A stretch of DNA of 64,000 nt. It comes from Octopus bimaculoides (lineage: Eukaryota). A program made the translations under genes and the position numbers. This document shows positions 12,022 to 24,315 of the stretch, in pieces (positions within the stretch are counted from its first letter, which is position 1; the number at the start of each line of letters is the position of its first letter). The stretch covers positions 23,224,438 to 23,288,437 of the forward strand of contig NC_068989.1 in the NCBI RefSeq assembly GCF_001194135.2, given 5' to 3'. The notes under the pieces are model-generated. The model had not been told where the DNA came from. It worked only from the letters and a program-made list of their open reading frames with translations, and did no database searches.

Positions 12022-12732
12022 ACACATGCAAATATAACATATACAATAAACATCTTTCAGTTACTGTCTACTAAATCCACACACGAGGTTTTGGTTGGCC
12101 CATAGCTACAGTAGAAGGCATTGCCCAAGATGCTGCACAATGGGATTGAACACAAGACTAGAGAGTTGAGAAACAAACTTCTCAACCACATATACGCTTA
12201 TACACACACACACACACACAAAAGGCTTCACTTAGTTTCTATCAAATTTAATCACAAGGCTTTTGGTTAGCCCAAGTAGAAGACAACTGCCCAAGGTGCC
12301 ATGCAGTGAAACTGAACCTAAAACCATAGTTGGGAAACAAACTTCTCGATGACATAGCTACACCTATATACATACACAGACACAAAGGGCTACTCTTAGT
12401 TTCCATCTAATTTACTCACAAGGCTTTGGTCGACCCAGGGTTATAGTAGAAGACAACTAACCAAGGTTCTACACAGTGGGACTGAACCTGAGACCATGTA
12501 GTTAAGAAACAAATTTTTTAACCACACGCCCATGTGTGTGCCTATACTGCATAAAAGAACTATATACATTGGCAGCCACATACAACCCCAGATAATGTTA
12601 TTACAAGTAGTGAGTACCCACCAAAGTCACTCATGATCTCATGATCCTCTTCAACCTTATGTTATCAGCAGTTATTGTTATCTAAAAGGTTCCACCATAT
12701 AATGACCACAATACACAGCTTGCACTGTTTTT

Positions 12733-12925
12733 AACCCCTTAGCATTTGAACCAACTATATCAGGTCCAAATATTCTACTTGTTTTACATTCAAACCAGCC
12801 AGATCCAGCCTCTCATACCTACCCTACAATGTCATTCTAAAAGTAAACAACCACAGCAATAAAATCTCAAAGCTACAAGATGACGCATGATTAATTCAAA
12901 AGATTATGAATACAAAAGCATTGTC
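12733..12925. mobile_element. piggyBac-type MITE, second family (other copies 19300-19470 and 20716-20942)
   Basis: ttaaCCC(T/C)TTAG start and shared cctaccctacaatgtcattc. The 20716 copy has both ends (TTAA...TAAAGGG-TTAA). Confidence 0.65.
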
Positions 12926-12929
12926 ATGC

Positions 12930-13762
12930 CTGAATACAAGATTCCTTACAAGTGACAGCAGTATGTCATCTAGCCAGGGATCCAAGATCTCCTTCAAGAG
13001 ATAGCATTAGGTGGTTGCAGTCACTTTAACCCCTTCAGGCACCCTGGCTGGGCTAACAAGTCTGACCCCAATGATACCAGCCCACAACATGACTCCTCCA
13101 CCGTTGTTTACATCATAAATGTTGGTGACACTCATCTCCAAAACAGACCCAACCATTTGCCCAACTGTCAGGTCAATCAAGGGTCACTCTGGTTTCGTCA
13201 GTGAACAGAATACAACTCATGTCTAACGTCATGTACTTTTGGGCCCATTGAAGCCTCAAACTCCTGTAATGGGACATTAAAGGAGGCAGTTTCAGGGGTT
13301 CTTGCATGGAAGCCATGGTTCTGAGGATGCAATTTCTGATAGCTTTTTGGTACATGAGGAGGTCCAGAGGCAGTGAAAATAGCTTTGCTTGTTTGTCCAG
13401 GTTTCCATACATAACTTGTAGCCAATATTCCTTAAATCCTTAGCTGTCAGAGTCTTGGAGGTCCCACAATCGGATCGTTTCTTCCTTGGCAGAGTGTCCA
13501 TCAGGAATTGTCTAACCATGTCCACATGACAACCTAACTCCTCTGCAATGACATGAACTCTCTATACCAACTCTCCAATCCACCCGGACCACTGCCACAC
13601 ATTCACCATCCGCACGTTCCAACATCCTCATTGATTCCGACAAGGACACACAACCTCGCAAGTTCAAAGTCAAATTTACATAATTTTGTGGTTTTAAACT
13701 TCAGCATTTTCCTTGATGATGACAGACTTTTCTCCATCATTAAGGCCTTTTCCACATCCCAT
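12930..13762 (-). pseudogene. Tc1-like transposase remnant
   Basis: Frameshifted segments MGCGKGLNDGEKSVII..., RLQWAQKYM...ILFTDETRVTLD, GGGVMLWAGI and FRHDNA. Confidence 0.85.
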
Positions 13763-14815
13763 TATTCTTAGAGAGGAGAGACGCTATTAGCATGGTCCAC
13801 CCAAAAACTGAAGAATCTAAAATAAAAAAGGACATTATACAGAATAATGAAAACATAATGGTGTTGCCATAGTGTGAAAACCAGCAGGGAAAAGTCTTAT
13901 CAAAATCGATTCACAGAAAACAGAGAAATCCTAAATTTCACTCCTAAGCTATTAGCATGGTTTTGGGTGTACAAGTTTGTCTACAAGTGCCTGTGAATCA
14001 GCAATCACATTTACAAGTGCTGGTGTGCGCAATTCTAGTGCGAGTGAAAGTGATTCAGAAAACGATTATAATATTTTTTATCATAAATGATCTTGACATT
14101 CTTTTTACTTTACATAAAATATTCTTTACATTCTACTGTTGCTTTATTGCCATTTATTTATGAATATTATAAATTTTACAGGTAAAATATTTTTCTGGGA
14201 ATGAATTACGATTTATAACATTGCTACTATGAGAAATTATTGCTCTGCTTTACAAGCAGTCTCTGGGAACAAATTAACTTGTATATCAAAGCATTATTGT
14301 ATGCTAATATTTCCACATGACCAGACTGGAAACAAACGACACTGCTTGCATGATGGTGACACTCATTTACAATTATCACACAATGTCAAGGTACACACAA
14401 GCAGATGCATGCAATTATAGGTGCCACACAGTGGGGCTGAACCTGAAATTATGTGGTTGGAAAGCAAATTTATCACACAGCCATGCCTGCACCTACATAC
14501 TCACATGAATATATACATATAAACACATGAATATATACATATAAACACATACATACATACACACACATGCTTGTATATGGTGCTTAATTATTGCAGCTTT
14601 TTTCAACAAATTTTATTCAACAAAAACAACAATATTTAACAAAAACATCCTTAAATGACAGTCTGACTGTCTGCCAAGCAAATGGGAAGCAGTAATTGAA
14701 GTAGATGGTGAATATGCTCCAGAAAAATCATTTAAAGATGTTTTTGTTGGAAAAAAAAGCCACAATAATTATGCAACAACACAATACATATACCGTTTGC
14801 ATGCATGTGTGTGCA

Positions 14816-15200
14816 TACTCTCTTTACTCTTTTACTTGTTTCAGTCTTTTGACTGTGGCCATGCTGGAGCACCGCCTTTCGTCGAGCAAATCGACCCCAG
14901 GACTTATTCTTTAGAAGCCTAGAACTTATTCAATTGGTCTCTTTTGCCGAACCGCTAAGTTACAGGGACATAAACACACCAGCATTGGTTGCCAAGAGAT
15001 GTTGGGGGGACAAACACATACATATATATATACATATATACGATGGGCTTCTTTCAGTTTCCGTCTACCAAATCCACTCACAAGGCTTTGGTCGGCCCGA
15101 GGCTATAGTAGAAGACACTTGCCCAAGATTCCATGCAGTGGGACTGAACCCGGGACCATGTGGTTGGTAAGCAAGCTACTTACCACACCACCACTCCTAC
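14816..15200 (-). mobile_element. SINE family C (CORE-SINE-like, octopus OR-type by recollection) with internal microsatellite
   Basis: tRNA-like head with gggttcagtccc B box and MIR/CORE-like accttgggcaagtgtctt, internal (TA/CA)n and (AAAGAG)n tail. Confidence 0.8.
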
Positions 15201-15484
15201 ACACACACACACATATACGTGAGGCTCCTTTTGGTTCCTGTTTACCAAATCCACTTGCAAGTTTAAGGTCAGCCCAGAGCTATAGAAGAAGACACTTGCC
15301 CAAGATGCCATGCAGTAGAACTGAACCTAAAACCACATGACTGGCAAACTTCTTAATCACACAGCTATGCCTGGACCTGTGAAATCCCTTCAATTCTATT
15401 TTATTTATAATGAATTTTTATTTAAAAATATTATCTACAGCTTAACCCTATTGCATTCAGATTGCAGTGAAATGTAACGTTTGT

Positions 15485-15713
15485 ACAGGGTTGGCCAAAA
15501 GTCACCTGACAGTAAATCAAAACCATTTAATTCCAAGATTTATTTATATTTAACAACTGAATGAATTTAATAAAAGCATCTAAATATGAAACATGAAAAT
15601 TGTTCAAATTGAAGTCCTTCTTGAGCAACACATTTTCCCATTCAAGTCAATACAGAATTACAGATAGTATTTATGGAATTTTGATTTTCTGTCGGGTGAC
15701 TTTTGGCCAAACC
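15485..15713. mobile_element. Tc1/mariner-type MITE
   Basis: TIRs cagggttggccaaaagtcacctgacag / ctgtcgggtgacttttggccaaacct with TA flanks; apparently nested in a piggyBac-type MITE that begins near 15443. Confidence 0.75.
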
Positions 15714-17194
15714 TATATATTCACATTGTTTAAAATTAATTGTGTATCATCATATAGTTTTGAGATTTTGATGATGTGATTCATTTTTTTTTTCTTTCAT
15801 TTGTTTCAATCATTAAACTGTGGCCATACTGCAGCACCACCTTGAAGAATTTTAGTCAGATGAATCAACCCCATTACNNNNNNNNNNNNNNNNNNNNNNN
15901 NNNNNNNNNNNNNNNNNNNNNNNNNNNNNNNNNNNNNNNNNNNNNNNNNNNNNNNNNNNNNNNNNNNNNNNNNNNNNNNNNNNNNNNNNNNNNNNNNNNN
16001 NNNNNNNNNNNNNNNNNNNNNNNNNNNNNNNNNNNNNNNNNNNNNNNNNNNNNNNNNNNNNNNNNNNNNNNNNNNNNNNNNNNNNNNNNNNNNNNNNNNN
16101 NNNNNNNNNNNNNNNNNNNNNNNNNNNNNNNNNNNNNNNNNNNNNNNNNNNNNNNNNNNNNNNNNNNNNNNNNNNNNNNNNNNNNNNNNNNNNNNNNNNN
16201 NNNNNNNNNNNNNNNNNNNNNNNATATATATATATATATATATATATATACGAGCTTCTTTCAGTTTCCATCTACCAAATCCATTCATATGCTATAGTAG
16301 AAGACACTTGCCCAAAGTGCCACACAGTGGGACTGAACCTGAGACCATGTAGTTGAGAAGCAAGCTTCTTACTATACAGCCACTCCTATTTTTACAACAT
16401 TACAGGGTGAGTGTGAAAAGCCAGAAGTGGTTAGTGTGAAAATAAAGCATGCAGAATATTTAGGCTAGATATAACCCGCTTAAATACTAAAGGATTAAAC
16501 AGGATGACATCAATGCGTTGCAATATATGAAAGATGGTGTATGTTTTGATTATGTTCCCCAACATTTACCAAGAATGAGAAATTATCCAAGAGAAAATTA
16601 AATGAAATTAGTGATTGTGACACGAAGAGAAATTCCATGCCAGCTAGCTGGTTAAAATCATCATCATGTCCATATACCCATGCTCATGTGGGTCAGACAG
16701 AATTTGTTGAGGCAGATTTTCTACAGCTGGATGACTTTCATGTAGCTAACTCTCAGCCATTTCCAAGAAAGGTAATATTTCCCCATGATCAAATATGTTT
16801 TCATGGATGATTGGAAATTAAGTACACCATGATGGTGACACTCACAACTAAATGCTGTCAAGTAACACATACACACGCACCACACATACACAACAGGCTT
16901 CTTTCAGTTTCTGTCTATCAATTTCACTCACAAGGCTTTGATCGGCCCAGGGCTATATCAGAAGACATTTGCCATTCAGTGAGATTGAACATAGAACCAT
17001 GTGGCTGGGAAGCAAACTTCTTACCACATGCACCTCCCAATATTTATACTTAAGATTTAGAACTAGCAAAAGAAATAAAACTCCATTTGATAGCAAATTT
17101 TAAATTCTTTAGAAATAATTATAGGTGACAAGTATCTCAAAAAAAAAGATTGGAAAAAAAAATTGAAACATTTAAATCGTTTGTATAATAAATG

Positions 17195-17200
17195 TTTATT
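17195..17200 (-). terminator. Candidate poly(A) signal of the light-chain gene
   Basis: AATAAA on the minus strand about 400 nt after the stop codon, in an AT-rich 3' UTR. Confidence 0.45.
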
Positions 17201-17595
17201 TAATAACTCAAAATTATCAAAGACATTTTATATGAATATAATCATTTTCATACATATACTACAGATGTCAAGAAGTCAACTAGAAATATAAAATGTTGAA
17301 AAGATCTAAATTTAAAAAAAAAAGCATAAAGAGAGTGAGAGAGAATAAATGAGGAGAGAAGAATTGGTAGATCATCATCTATTAGTAAAAGTATTAGCCG
17401 AAAATGATGGAAGCATGAAAGTAATTTGTGAAGAATACACATCAACACTGATAAGTCACAATCACCTTGCTTCAACACTTCCATGTCAATTGAATTATGA
17501 ATATTATTTTGTAGGTTAAAGATTTACATGGCAGCAGAGCTGTGAAAAGTTCTTCTGAGATAAGGCATCTTTCCACACTGTACAGAAAGAGTAAA

Positions 17596-17624
17596 TCAAC
17601 CTGCAAGAACCATGCGGATCAGTT
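17596..17624 (-). CDS. Mlc-c: Myosin essential light chain exon 6 (terminal coding part)
   Basis: tttttcttttacag|AA CTG ATC CGC ATG GTT CTT GCA GGT TGA = (E)LIRMVLAG*, similar to MYL6 ELVRMVLNG. Total CDS 3+28+141+165+78+29 = 444 nt = 147 aa plus stop. Confidence 0.92.
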
Positions 17625-17807
17625 CTGTAAAAGAAAAAAAAACCAATTTGTAAGATACCTGGAGACAAACTACTACATTAAATGATTATTGTGTGGTATT
17701 TTATAATAAAATATCTAGAAAATAACAGCCACAAATATTCACTAATTACCTATGAGAATGTCAAACCTATATTATTATAAATATTATTGTAGGATGTCAA
17801 ATCTACA

Positions 17808-18190
17808 TTGGTGGCACTCTGTCGCTTACGACGTCGAGGGTTCCAGTTGATCCGATCAACGGAACAGCCTGCTCGTAAAATTAACGTGCAAGTGGCTAAG
17901 CACTCCACAGACACGTGTACCCTTAACGTAGTTCTCGGGGATATTCAGCGTGACACAGTGAGACAAGGCTGACCCTTTGAATTACAGGCACAACAGAAAC
18001 AGGAAGTAAGAGTGAGAGAAAGTCGTGTTGAAAGAGTACAGCAGGGTTCGCCACCATCCCCTGTCGGAGCCTCGTGGAGCTTTCAGGTGTTTTCGCTCAA
18101 TAAACACTCACAACGCCCAGTCTGGGAATCGAAACTGCGATCCTACGACTGCGAGTCCGCTGCCCTAACCACTAGGCCATTGCACCTCCA
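17808..18190 (-). mobile_element. SINE family A in light-chain intron 5
   Basis: Full-length reverse-complement copy. Confidence 0.9.
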
Positions 18191-18394
18191 TACTGATTAA
18201 TAATATTATATAAATCTATCATCACAGCTTATCTCCAGCAACACTTGAGAGCATCTTATAATTCACATCAGAATTTTTTAATAGATATCATAAGAGCTAA
18301 TATATGCCAAAAATGAATGCGCTATACATTGCAAGCGACATATCGCACCTACAAACACCATTGTAGGTAAAATGGCTGAAGAAAAAGAAACAAT

Positions 18395-18850
18395 TATTTC
18401 AAGATACATCACAGAGATGCTTGAGATGCATCATCAGTGATGTTTTAGGGAGCTCAGGGGTTTCAGGTTTTCACCATCAGAACCCTACACCCAGCTGACC
18501 CAACCAGGGTTGGTCAAGTCCCAGATTGCATCCCAATAACAGCAAACCAATGGTCTACCCTGTTTATCCAAAGCCACCTAGTGGCCTTCTCTCCAGCTTC
18601 AGTGATGGAATTTATGGCCCTCCTCTTTGTTGCACCAGTGACTACAAGTTCAGTCAGAGCTTTACAGAATGAATGCCCCACAAAATCCTGCCAGCCCCAA
18701 TTTCTGTACTACTCTAGCAGCTCTTGGTATTTGGCAAGCTTCCTCTCATGAACATCCTCCAAGAGCATAGTCAGTTTCCACATGATCATCTGCTTGGTGG
18801 AATTTGAGATCACTTATGTCTGGCCAAAGTGTTGTTGACATGATGTGATC
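18395..18850 (-). mobile_element. 3' end of an RLE-type non-LTR retrotransposon (HERO-like) in light-chain intron 5
   Basis: Minus-strand frames read TTLWPDI / STKQMIMWKLTMLLEDVHERKLAKYQELLE / GFVGHS-like...KRRAINSITEAGEKATRWLWINR, matching the PD..(D/E)-type endonuclease tail of HERO elements, followed by a catcactgatgatg 3' UTR. Confidence 0.7.
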
Positions 18851-18976
18851 TGCAAACTTTAACCATTCCACAAGACCCACTCTTAAGATTACAACACATG
18901 AATAAATCTCAGAAATTTTTGTTTTAAAAAGTGTATAATTCCTGGTAAGATGATAATTACAGAACAATGAACTTAC

Positions 18977-19054
18977 CTTCATAATTAACATTGCCATGTG
19001 AGTCTTCAACACCTTGCAATAATTGATCAGCTTCTTCAGAAGTCAATCTTTCAC
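18977..19054 (-). CDS. Mlc-c: Myosin essential light chain exon 5 (78 nt)
   Basis: tttattacag|GT...; encodes (G)ERLTSEEADQLLQGVEDSHGNVNYE; donor AAG|GTAAGT; phase 1-1. Confidence 0.95.
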
Positions 19055-19802
19055 CTGTAATAAAGGAACATATTTTATTCTCCCGCTCTTTGTGAATGAA
19101 TCTAATCAATCATTTAACAATGGAATTTGAATGTGTTATTCCAGTTACTCTTGTGTTTTCAGTGTTTTTTTAAACAGAGAGATTCTACAGTTGACATTAA
19201 ATATTAGCATAACACCAAATGTATGTCCTCTACAACTGTTTCTTCCTCAACCACAGAGGGAGCTTGTATGCAGTTGTTCAAACTGCTAAAAATAGCAAGC
19301 AAATCTTTCAAATTCGCCAGATATGGCCTGTCACACCTACCTGACAATGTCATTCATAAACAACTGCATCACAGAAATCTCAAAGCCACAAGGTTATACT
19401 TGATTAATTCAACAGAATGTGAATGAATGTGCATAACATTTCACAGAGTAATTTGAATGCTAAAGGGTTAAAAAGAACACACTGGGCAATGTAGTCTTTG
19501 ATATACGAAAATATGGAATGGTCATAAAAAAAACAAAATATGCTCCAAATGAAATTATAGCATGAATATGAGGTATGCTACTTCCTCAAGCCATTTCATG
19601 ATTATTCAAAACATATTTTAAGAAGCACTACAATGTCATAGCTACTACCTTAGTTGTAACTCAGTGTTTAAACTATTTCTACAAGTCAGAATAACCAAAC
19701 AAAATGTAGTTGGGTTTTTTTTTTTTTTTCTATGTGAATGGTGATTCTAGATTCAAAAGCGATAAACAAAACAAATCAAGAACCATTGAAGGAAATCTTT
19801 AC

Positions 19803-19967
19803 CTAATCCAGATAGAAGATGGCGCATCTCAGCACTGCTGACAAACCCATTTTGATCTTTGTCGAAAACTTTGAACCCTTCAACCAAATCTTCAAAAGTA
19901 ACCGGATCTTTATTCCGATTGATAGTTTGTAAAATAGGGAGAACTGTTTCAAAACTGATCCGCTCCA
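19803..19967 (-). CDS. Mlc-c: Myosin essential light chain exon 4 (165 nt)
   Basis: tttttttacag|TG...; encodes (M)ERISFETVLPILQTINRNKDPVTFEDLVEGFKVFDKDQNGFVSSAEMRHLLSGL; donor TAG|GTAAAG; phase 1-1. Confidence 0.95.
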   Translation of the reverse strand, partial: WSGSVLKQFSLFYKLSIGIKIRLLLKIWLKGSKFSTKIKMGLSAVLRCAIFYLD

Positions 19968-21019
19968 CTGTAAAAAAAGCAAAAAAAAAAAGAAATATTT
20001 AACTGCATGCAAATGTTAAACACCATGCATATATACTACTACTACATCATCGGCAGCAGTGGCATCATCATCATCATCACTTGACATCTGTATTCTATGT
20101 TGGCAAAGATTGGACAGTTCTACAGGATCCAACAAGCCAGAGGACTGTGTTAAGCTCCAATGTCATTTTTGGCATCATTTCTGTGGCTGAATACCTTTTC
20201 AAACACCAACCATTTTACAGAGTGTACTGAGTGCTGTTTCTCATGGCACCAGCACTAGTAAGGTCACCAAGTAACTCTCAAGGCTCCTTTGACTGAGTGG
20301 AGGTATTGAAAGGTTAAAGTATGATAGAGAAGCAGGTGCCATGTATCTTGCTGTAGAAGAGATATATAGCTACCCCAGCAACATAGGAAGAAAGGATAGT
20401 GAAGATGAAGTGTCAGGATATACATTTAAAGAACAAGAAGGTGGATAATGAGAGAATAGGGATAGTAAATTGAAGGTAGCTAGGTGGGTCTTTGAGAGTG
20501 TAAAACAGGACTGACAGACAAAAGAGATGACAAAAGAAGTGAATGCAGTGAACATTGGTGAAGGCTTCAATAATGAGATTGATTTGAAAAATAATTACTA
20601 AATGTTTAATGTCTTCTGCTGCAATTGTAAATTACTAAAATTATATAAAGAATGTTTGCTTTAGTAACGTCACATATAATAAAGTTTCTTCATTTATAAA
20701 AATAAATATACCTTAACCCTTTAGTATTTAAACTGACCCATATCCAGCCCAAATAATTTATCTGTTTTATGTTCAAACCAGCCAGATCTGATCACTCAGA
20801 CCTACCCTACAATGTCATTCTAAAAATGCAACAATCATATTATTGAACTCTTAAAACTTTGAGAAAATGCCTAATTAACTCAAAACAATGTGAATAAATA
20901 AGCTTCACATGTGACTGAAGAATTTGAATATTAAAGGGTTAAATTAGCTTTTTTGTTACCATATTTCTGTTAAATCAGATAACATTCAAATAATTTTTCA
21001 TGATGGCACCTGTACCAGT

Positions 21020-21465
21020 AGATCACTAAGAGCACCGTCCGAGTGTGATCGTTACCAGAGCACCAGCTGTCTGGCTTCCGTGCCGGTGGCACGTAAATAG
21101 CACCATTTGAGCGTGATCGTTACCAACGTCGCCTTCCTGGCACTTATGCCAGTGGCCCGTGAAAAGACATTCAAGCGAGTTCATTGCCAGTCCCGCTGGA
21201 CTGGCTCCTGTGCAGGTGGCACGTAAAATACACCACTTCGAGCGTGGCTGATGCCAGTACCTCCTGACTGGCCTTCGTGCCGGTGGCACGTAAAAGCACC
21301 CACTACACTCTCGGAGTGGTTGGCGTTAGGAAGGGCATCCAGCTGTAGAAACACTGCCAAATCAGATTGGAGCCTGGTGTAGCCATCTGGTTCACCATTC
21401 CCCAGTCAAATTGTCCAACCCATGCTAGCATGGAAAGCGGACGTTAAACAATGATGATGATGTTG
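21020..21465 (+). mobile_element. RTE 3' tail with internal ~65-bp tandem units
   Basis: Units start at 21080, 21146, 21210 and 21277; ends ggaaagcggacgttaaacaatgatgatgatg. Confidence 0.75.
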
Positions 21466-21629
21466 ATGAAAAATTCAGCAAAATATATCGTCATTATTAA
21501 GGTAGTGTTTATAACATAAATTAACATGAAATTTTGGTGAAAGGTTCTACTTAGGCCATTTTAACTCTTTTGTAACCATGTTTCTGCTGAAAATAACTAC
21601 CTTTATTTCAATTAATTTTGAAAATAATG

Positions 21630-22880
21630 AAAAATTGGCAATGAGTATAACAAGGAATTTAGTGTATAGGTAGGAATTCACCAAGAATTGGTTCTCAGCC
21701 TCTCTTGTTTACCATACTCCTCCTGGCTATAACAGAGAAATTTAAGACAGGCTACTCCTGGAAACTCCTCTATACTAATGACCTTGTTCTTATGCTGAAT
21801 CACTACCAGAGCTAGAGAAGAAATTTCAGGTGTGGAAGCAAGGTCTAGAATCAAAGAGCTTTAGAGTTAATTTAACAAAGACCAAAATCCTATTAAGTAG
21901 GAAAATGAGATGGCCTTGCTCGGTATGTAGAAGAGTTGTTGGTAGAAATGCCATACATTATACCCAATGCACACAAGTGGTGCAACAGTATCACAGGAAG
22001 GTTAACAGAAAAAAGTAGTCTTCGTATGTAGCACTAGGAATGTATAGATAATAGACTCCCTCAAATATCTGACAGGATCCTTAGTAGTAGATAGTTTCCA
22101 TTACTTAGGCAACCAAGTAAGCAGTGGAGGTAGTTCTGAAAGTGTAGCTGCTAGAATAAGAACAGGCTGGGCAAAGTTCAGAGAGCTACTACTTTTGTTA
22201 GTAAAAAAGGGCCTCTCCCTCAGAGTGAAAGGCAGATTGTATGATGCCTGTGTACATACAGCTATGTTACATGGCAGTGAAACATGGGCTGTGACTACTG
22301 AGGACAAGCAAAGGCTTGGAAGAAATGAAGCCAGCATGCTCCACTGGATGGGTAATGTCAGTGTGCATGTACAACAGAGTGTAAGTGATCTGAGAGAAAA
22401 AATGGGTATACAAGGCATCAGATGTAGTATGCAAAACAGAAGACTATGATAGTATGGTCATGTGATGTGTATGGATGAGGACAGCTGCTTCAAAAAGTGC
22501 TGATCTCTGAGGGAATGTGTGGAAGGTGTAGACCTAGAAAGACATGGGACAAAGTGATGAAAAAGGATCTTCCGATGTTGGGCCTTACAAAGGAGATGAC
22601 AACAGACCAATTGCAACAGTCCATACATACAGGCATATCCTCCTCATCCCTCTCTCAGCTGAGAGATTCAAGTCTTGCAGGTTCATGGGTGCTGGTGCCA
22701 TGTTGAAAGCACCCAGCACATTCTGTAAAGTGGTTGACATTAAGAAGGACATCCAGATGTTGAAAGCATGCCAAAACAGACTAATGGAGCCCAGGCAGCT
22801 CTTCAGCCAGCCAGCTCATGTCAAAGCATCCAACCCATGTCAACATAAAGAATAGATGTGAAGGAGGAGGATGAGAAGAA
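21630..22880 (+). mobile_element. 5'-truncated RTE-clade LINE (RT C-terminus plus 3' UTR)
   Basis: Decayed YADD motif (LLYTNDLVL), WPCSVCR Cys-rich insert, KGRLYDACVHTAMLHGSETW, GRCRPRKTWD, then the RTE tail. Confidence 0.9.
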
Positions 22881-23309
22881 TTTAATATAAGTTTTTCATT
22901 TTTAATCTGCTGTTTTGGAACATAAACTGACAAAATTTTGATGGAAATCTCCAATTCATATTACATTAAAACAGTAAATGTGTATTATAAAACAAAGTGC
23001 GGCCTCAAGCAGGTTGGTATCAAAAGGATTCATATTATCTTAAAACTAAATTTATTTTCTTTCCTGTTTTAACAACTTCAGTATATTTTCTCTCTACCCT
23101 CTGAGATCAGTAACAGCCAACTTATCACATGCATAGCAACAGGTTCAAGACTCGAGTTTTAAAAAACTTATATTCATAACTAAAATATATGTGATGCTCC
23201 AATAACAGTATTATTTATTCATTTTATTTTTTAACTTTCAATTTTTCCAAGCTGGTAAATGTCGGACAATATTTGTTGAGACACTATTCTATGGTCAGAT
23301 GCCTTAATG

Positions 23310-24258
23310 ACAACATCATCATCATCGTTTAACGTCCGTTTTCCATGCTGGCACAGGTTGGATGGCTTGACTGAGGTCTCGAGAGAGGCAGTAGGCTGCA
23401 CCAGGCTCCAGTCTGATCTGGCAATGTTTCTACATGGATGCCCTTCCTAACGCCAACAACTCCAAGAGTGTAGTAATGGGTGCTTTTTACGTGCCACCAG
23501 TACAGGAGCCAGTCAGGCAGGCCTGGCATCGATCACATTCAGATTGTGCTTTTTACGTGCCACCAGCACAGGAGCCCATCAAGGAGTACTGACATCAGCC
23601 ACATTTGGGTGGTGCTTTTTACATGCCACTGGCACGGGAGCTAGTCAGGCAGTCCTCGCAAGTCAGGCGAGTTTCTTTTTTTATCATCATCATCATCGTT
23701 TAACATCCACTTTCCATGCTAGCATGGGTTGAACGATTTGACTGAGGACTGGTGAACCGGATGGCTGCACCAGGCTCTAATCTGATCTGGCAGAGTTTCT
23801 ACATCTGGATGCCCTTCCTAACGCCAACCACTCCGAGAGTGTAGTGGATGCTTTTACATGCCACTGGCATGAGGGCCAGTCACGCGGTACTGGCAACGGT
23901 CACACTCAAAATGGTGTTTTTTACATGCCACCTGCACAGGAGCCAGTCCAGGGGAACTGGCAACGACCTCGCTCGAATGATTTTCTAAAGAGCCACCGGC
24001 ACAAGTGCCAGTAAGGCAATGCTGGTAATGATCACGCTCAAATGGTGCTATTTACATGCCACTGGCACGGAAGCCAGACAGCTGCTCTGGCAATGATTAT
24101 GCTCAGACAGTGCTGTTAGTGCTCCACTGACACAGGTGCCAGTCATTGAATATGGTTCAATTACAATTTCGATTTCACTTGCCCCAACAGGTCTTCGCAA
24201 GCAGAGTTTCGTGTCCAATGAAGGAGAGGTTGGCATGGGTGCCAGTCGTCGAATTTGG
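23310..24258 (-). mobile_element. Cluster of RTE 3'-tail copies with internal tandem units
   Basis: Two (CAT)n-started tails (23313, 23685) and repeated ttttacatgccaccggcac units. Similar tails at 9910, 20060, 26947, 35975, 51980 and 56880(+). Confidence 0.75.
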
Positions 24259-24271
24259 TTCGATTTCATAT

Positions 24272-24315
<44 letters not shown>

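Noticed and set aside
15776-16297. Long ORFs containing X runs (also 29786-30537, 37995-38663, 53602-54157)
   Set aside because: Artefacts of translating through N gaps. Only the CR1 part before 38225 is real coding-derived sequence.
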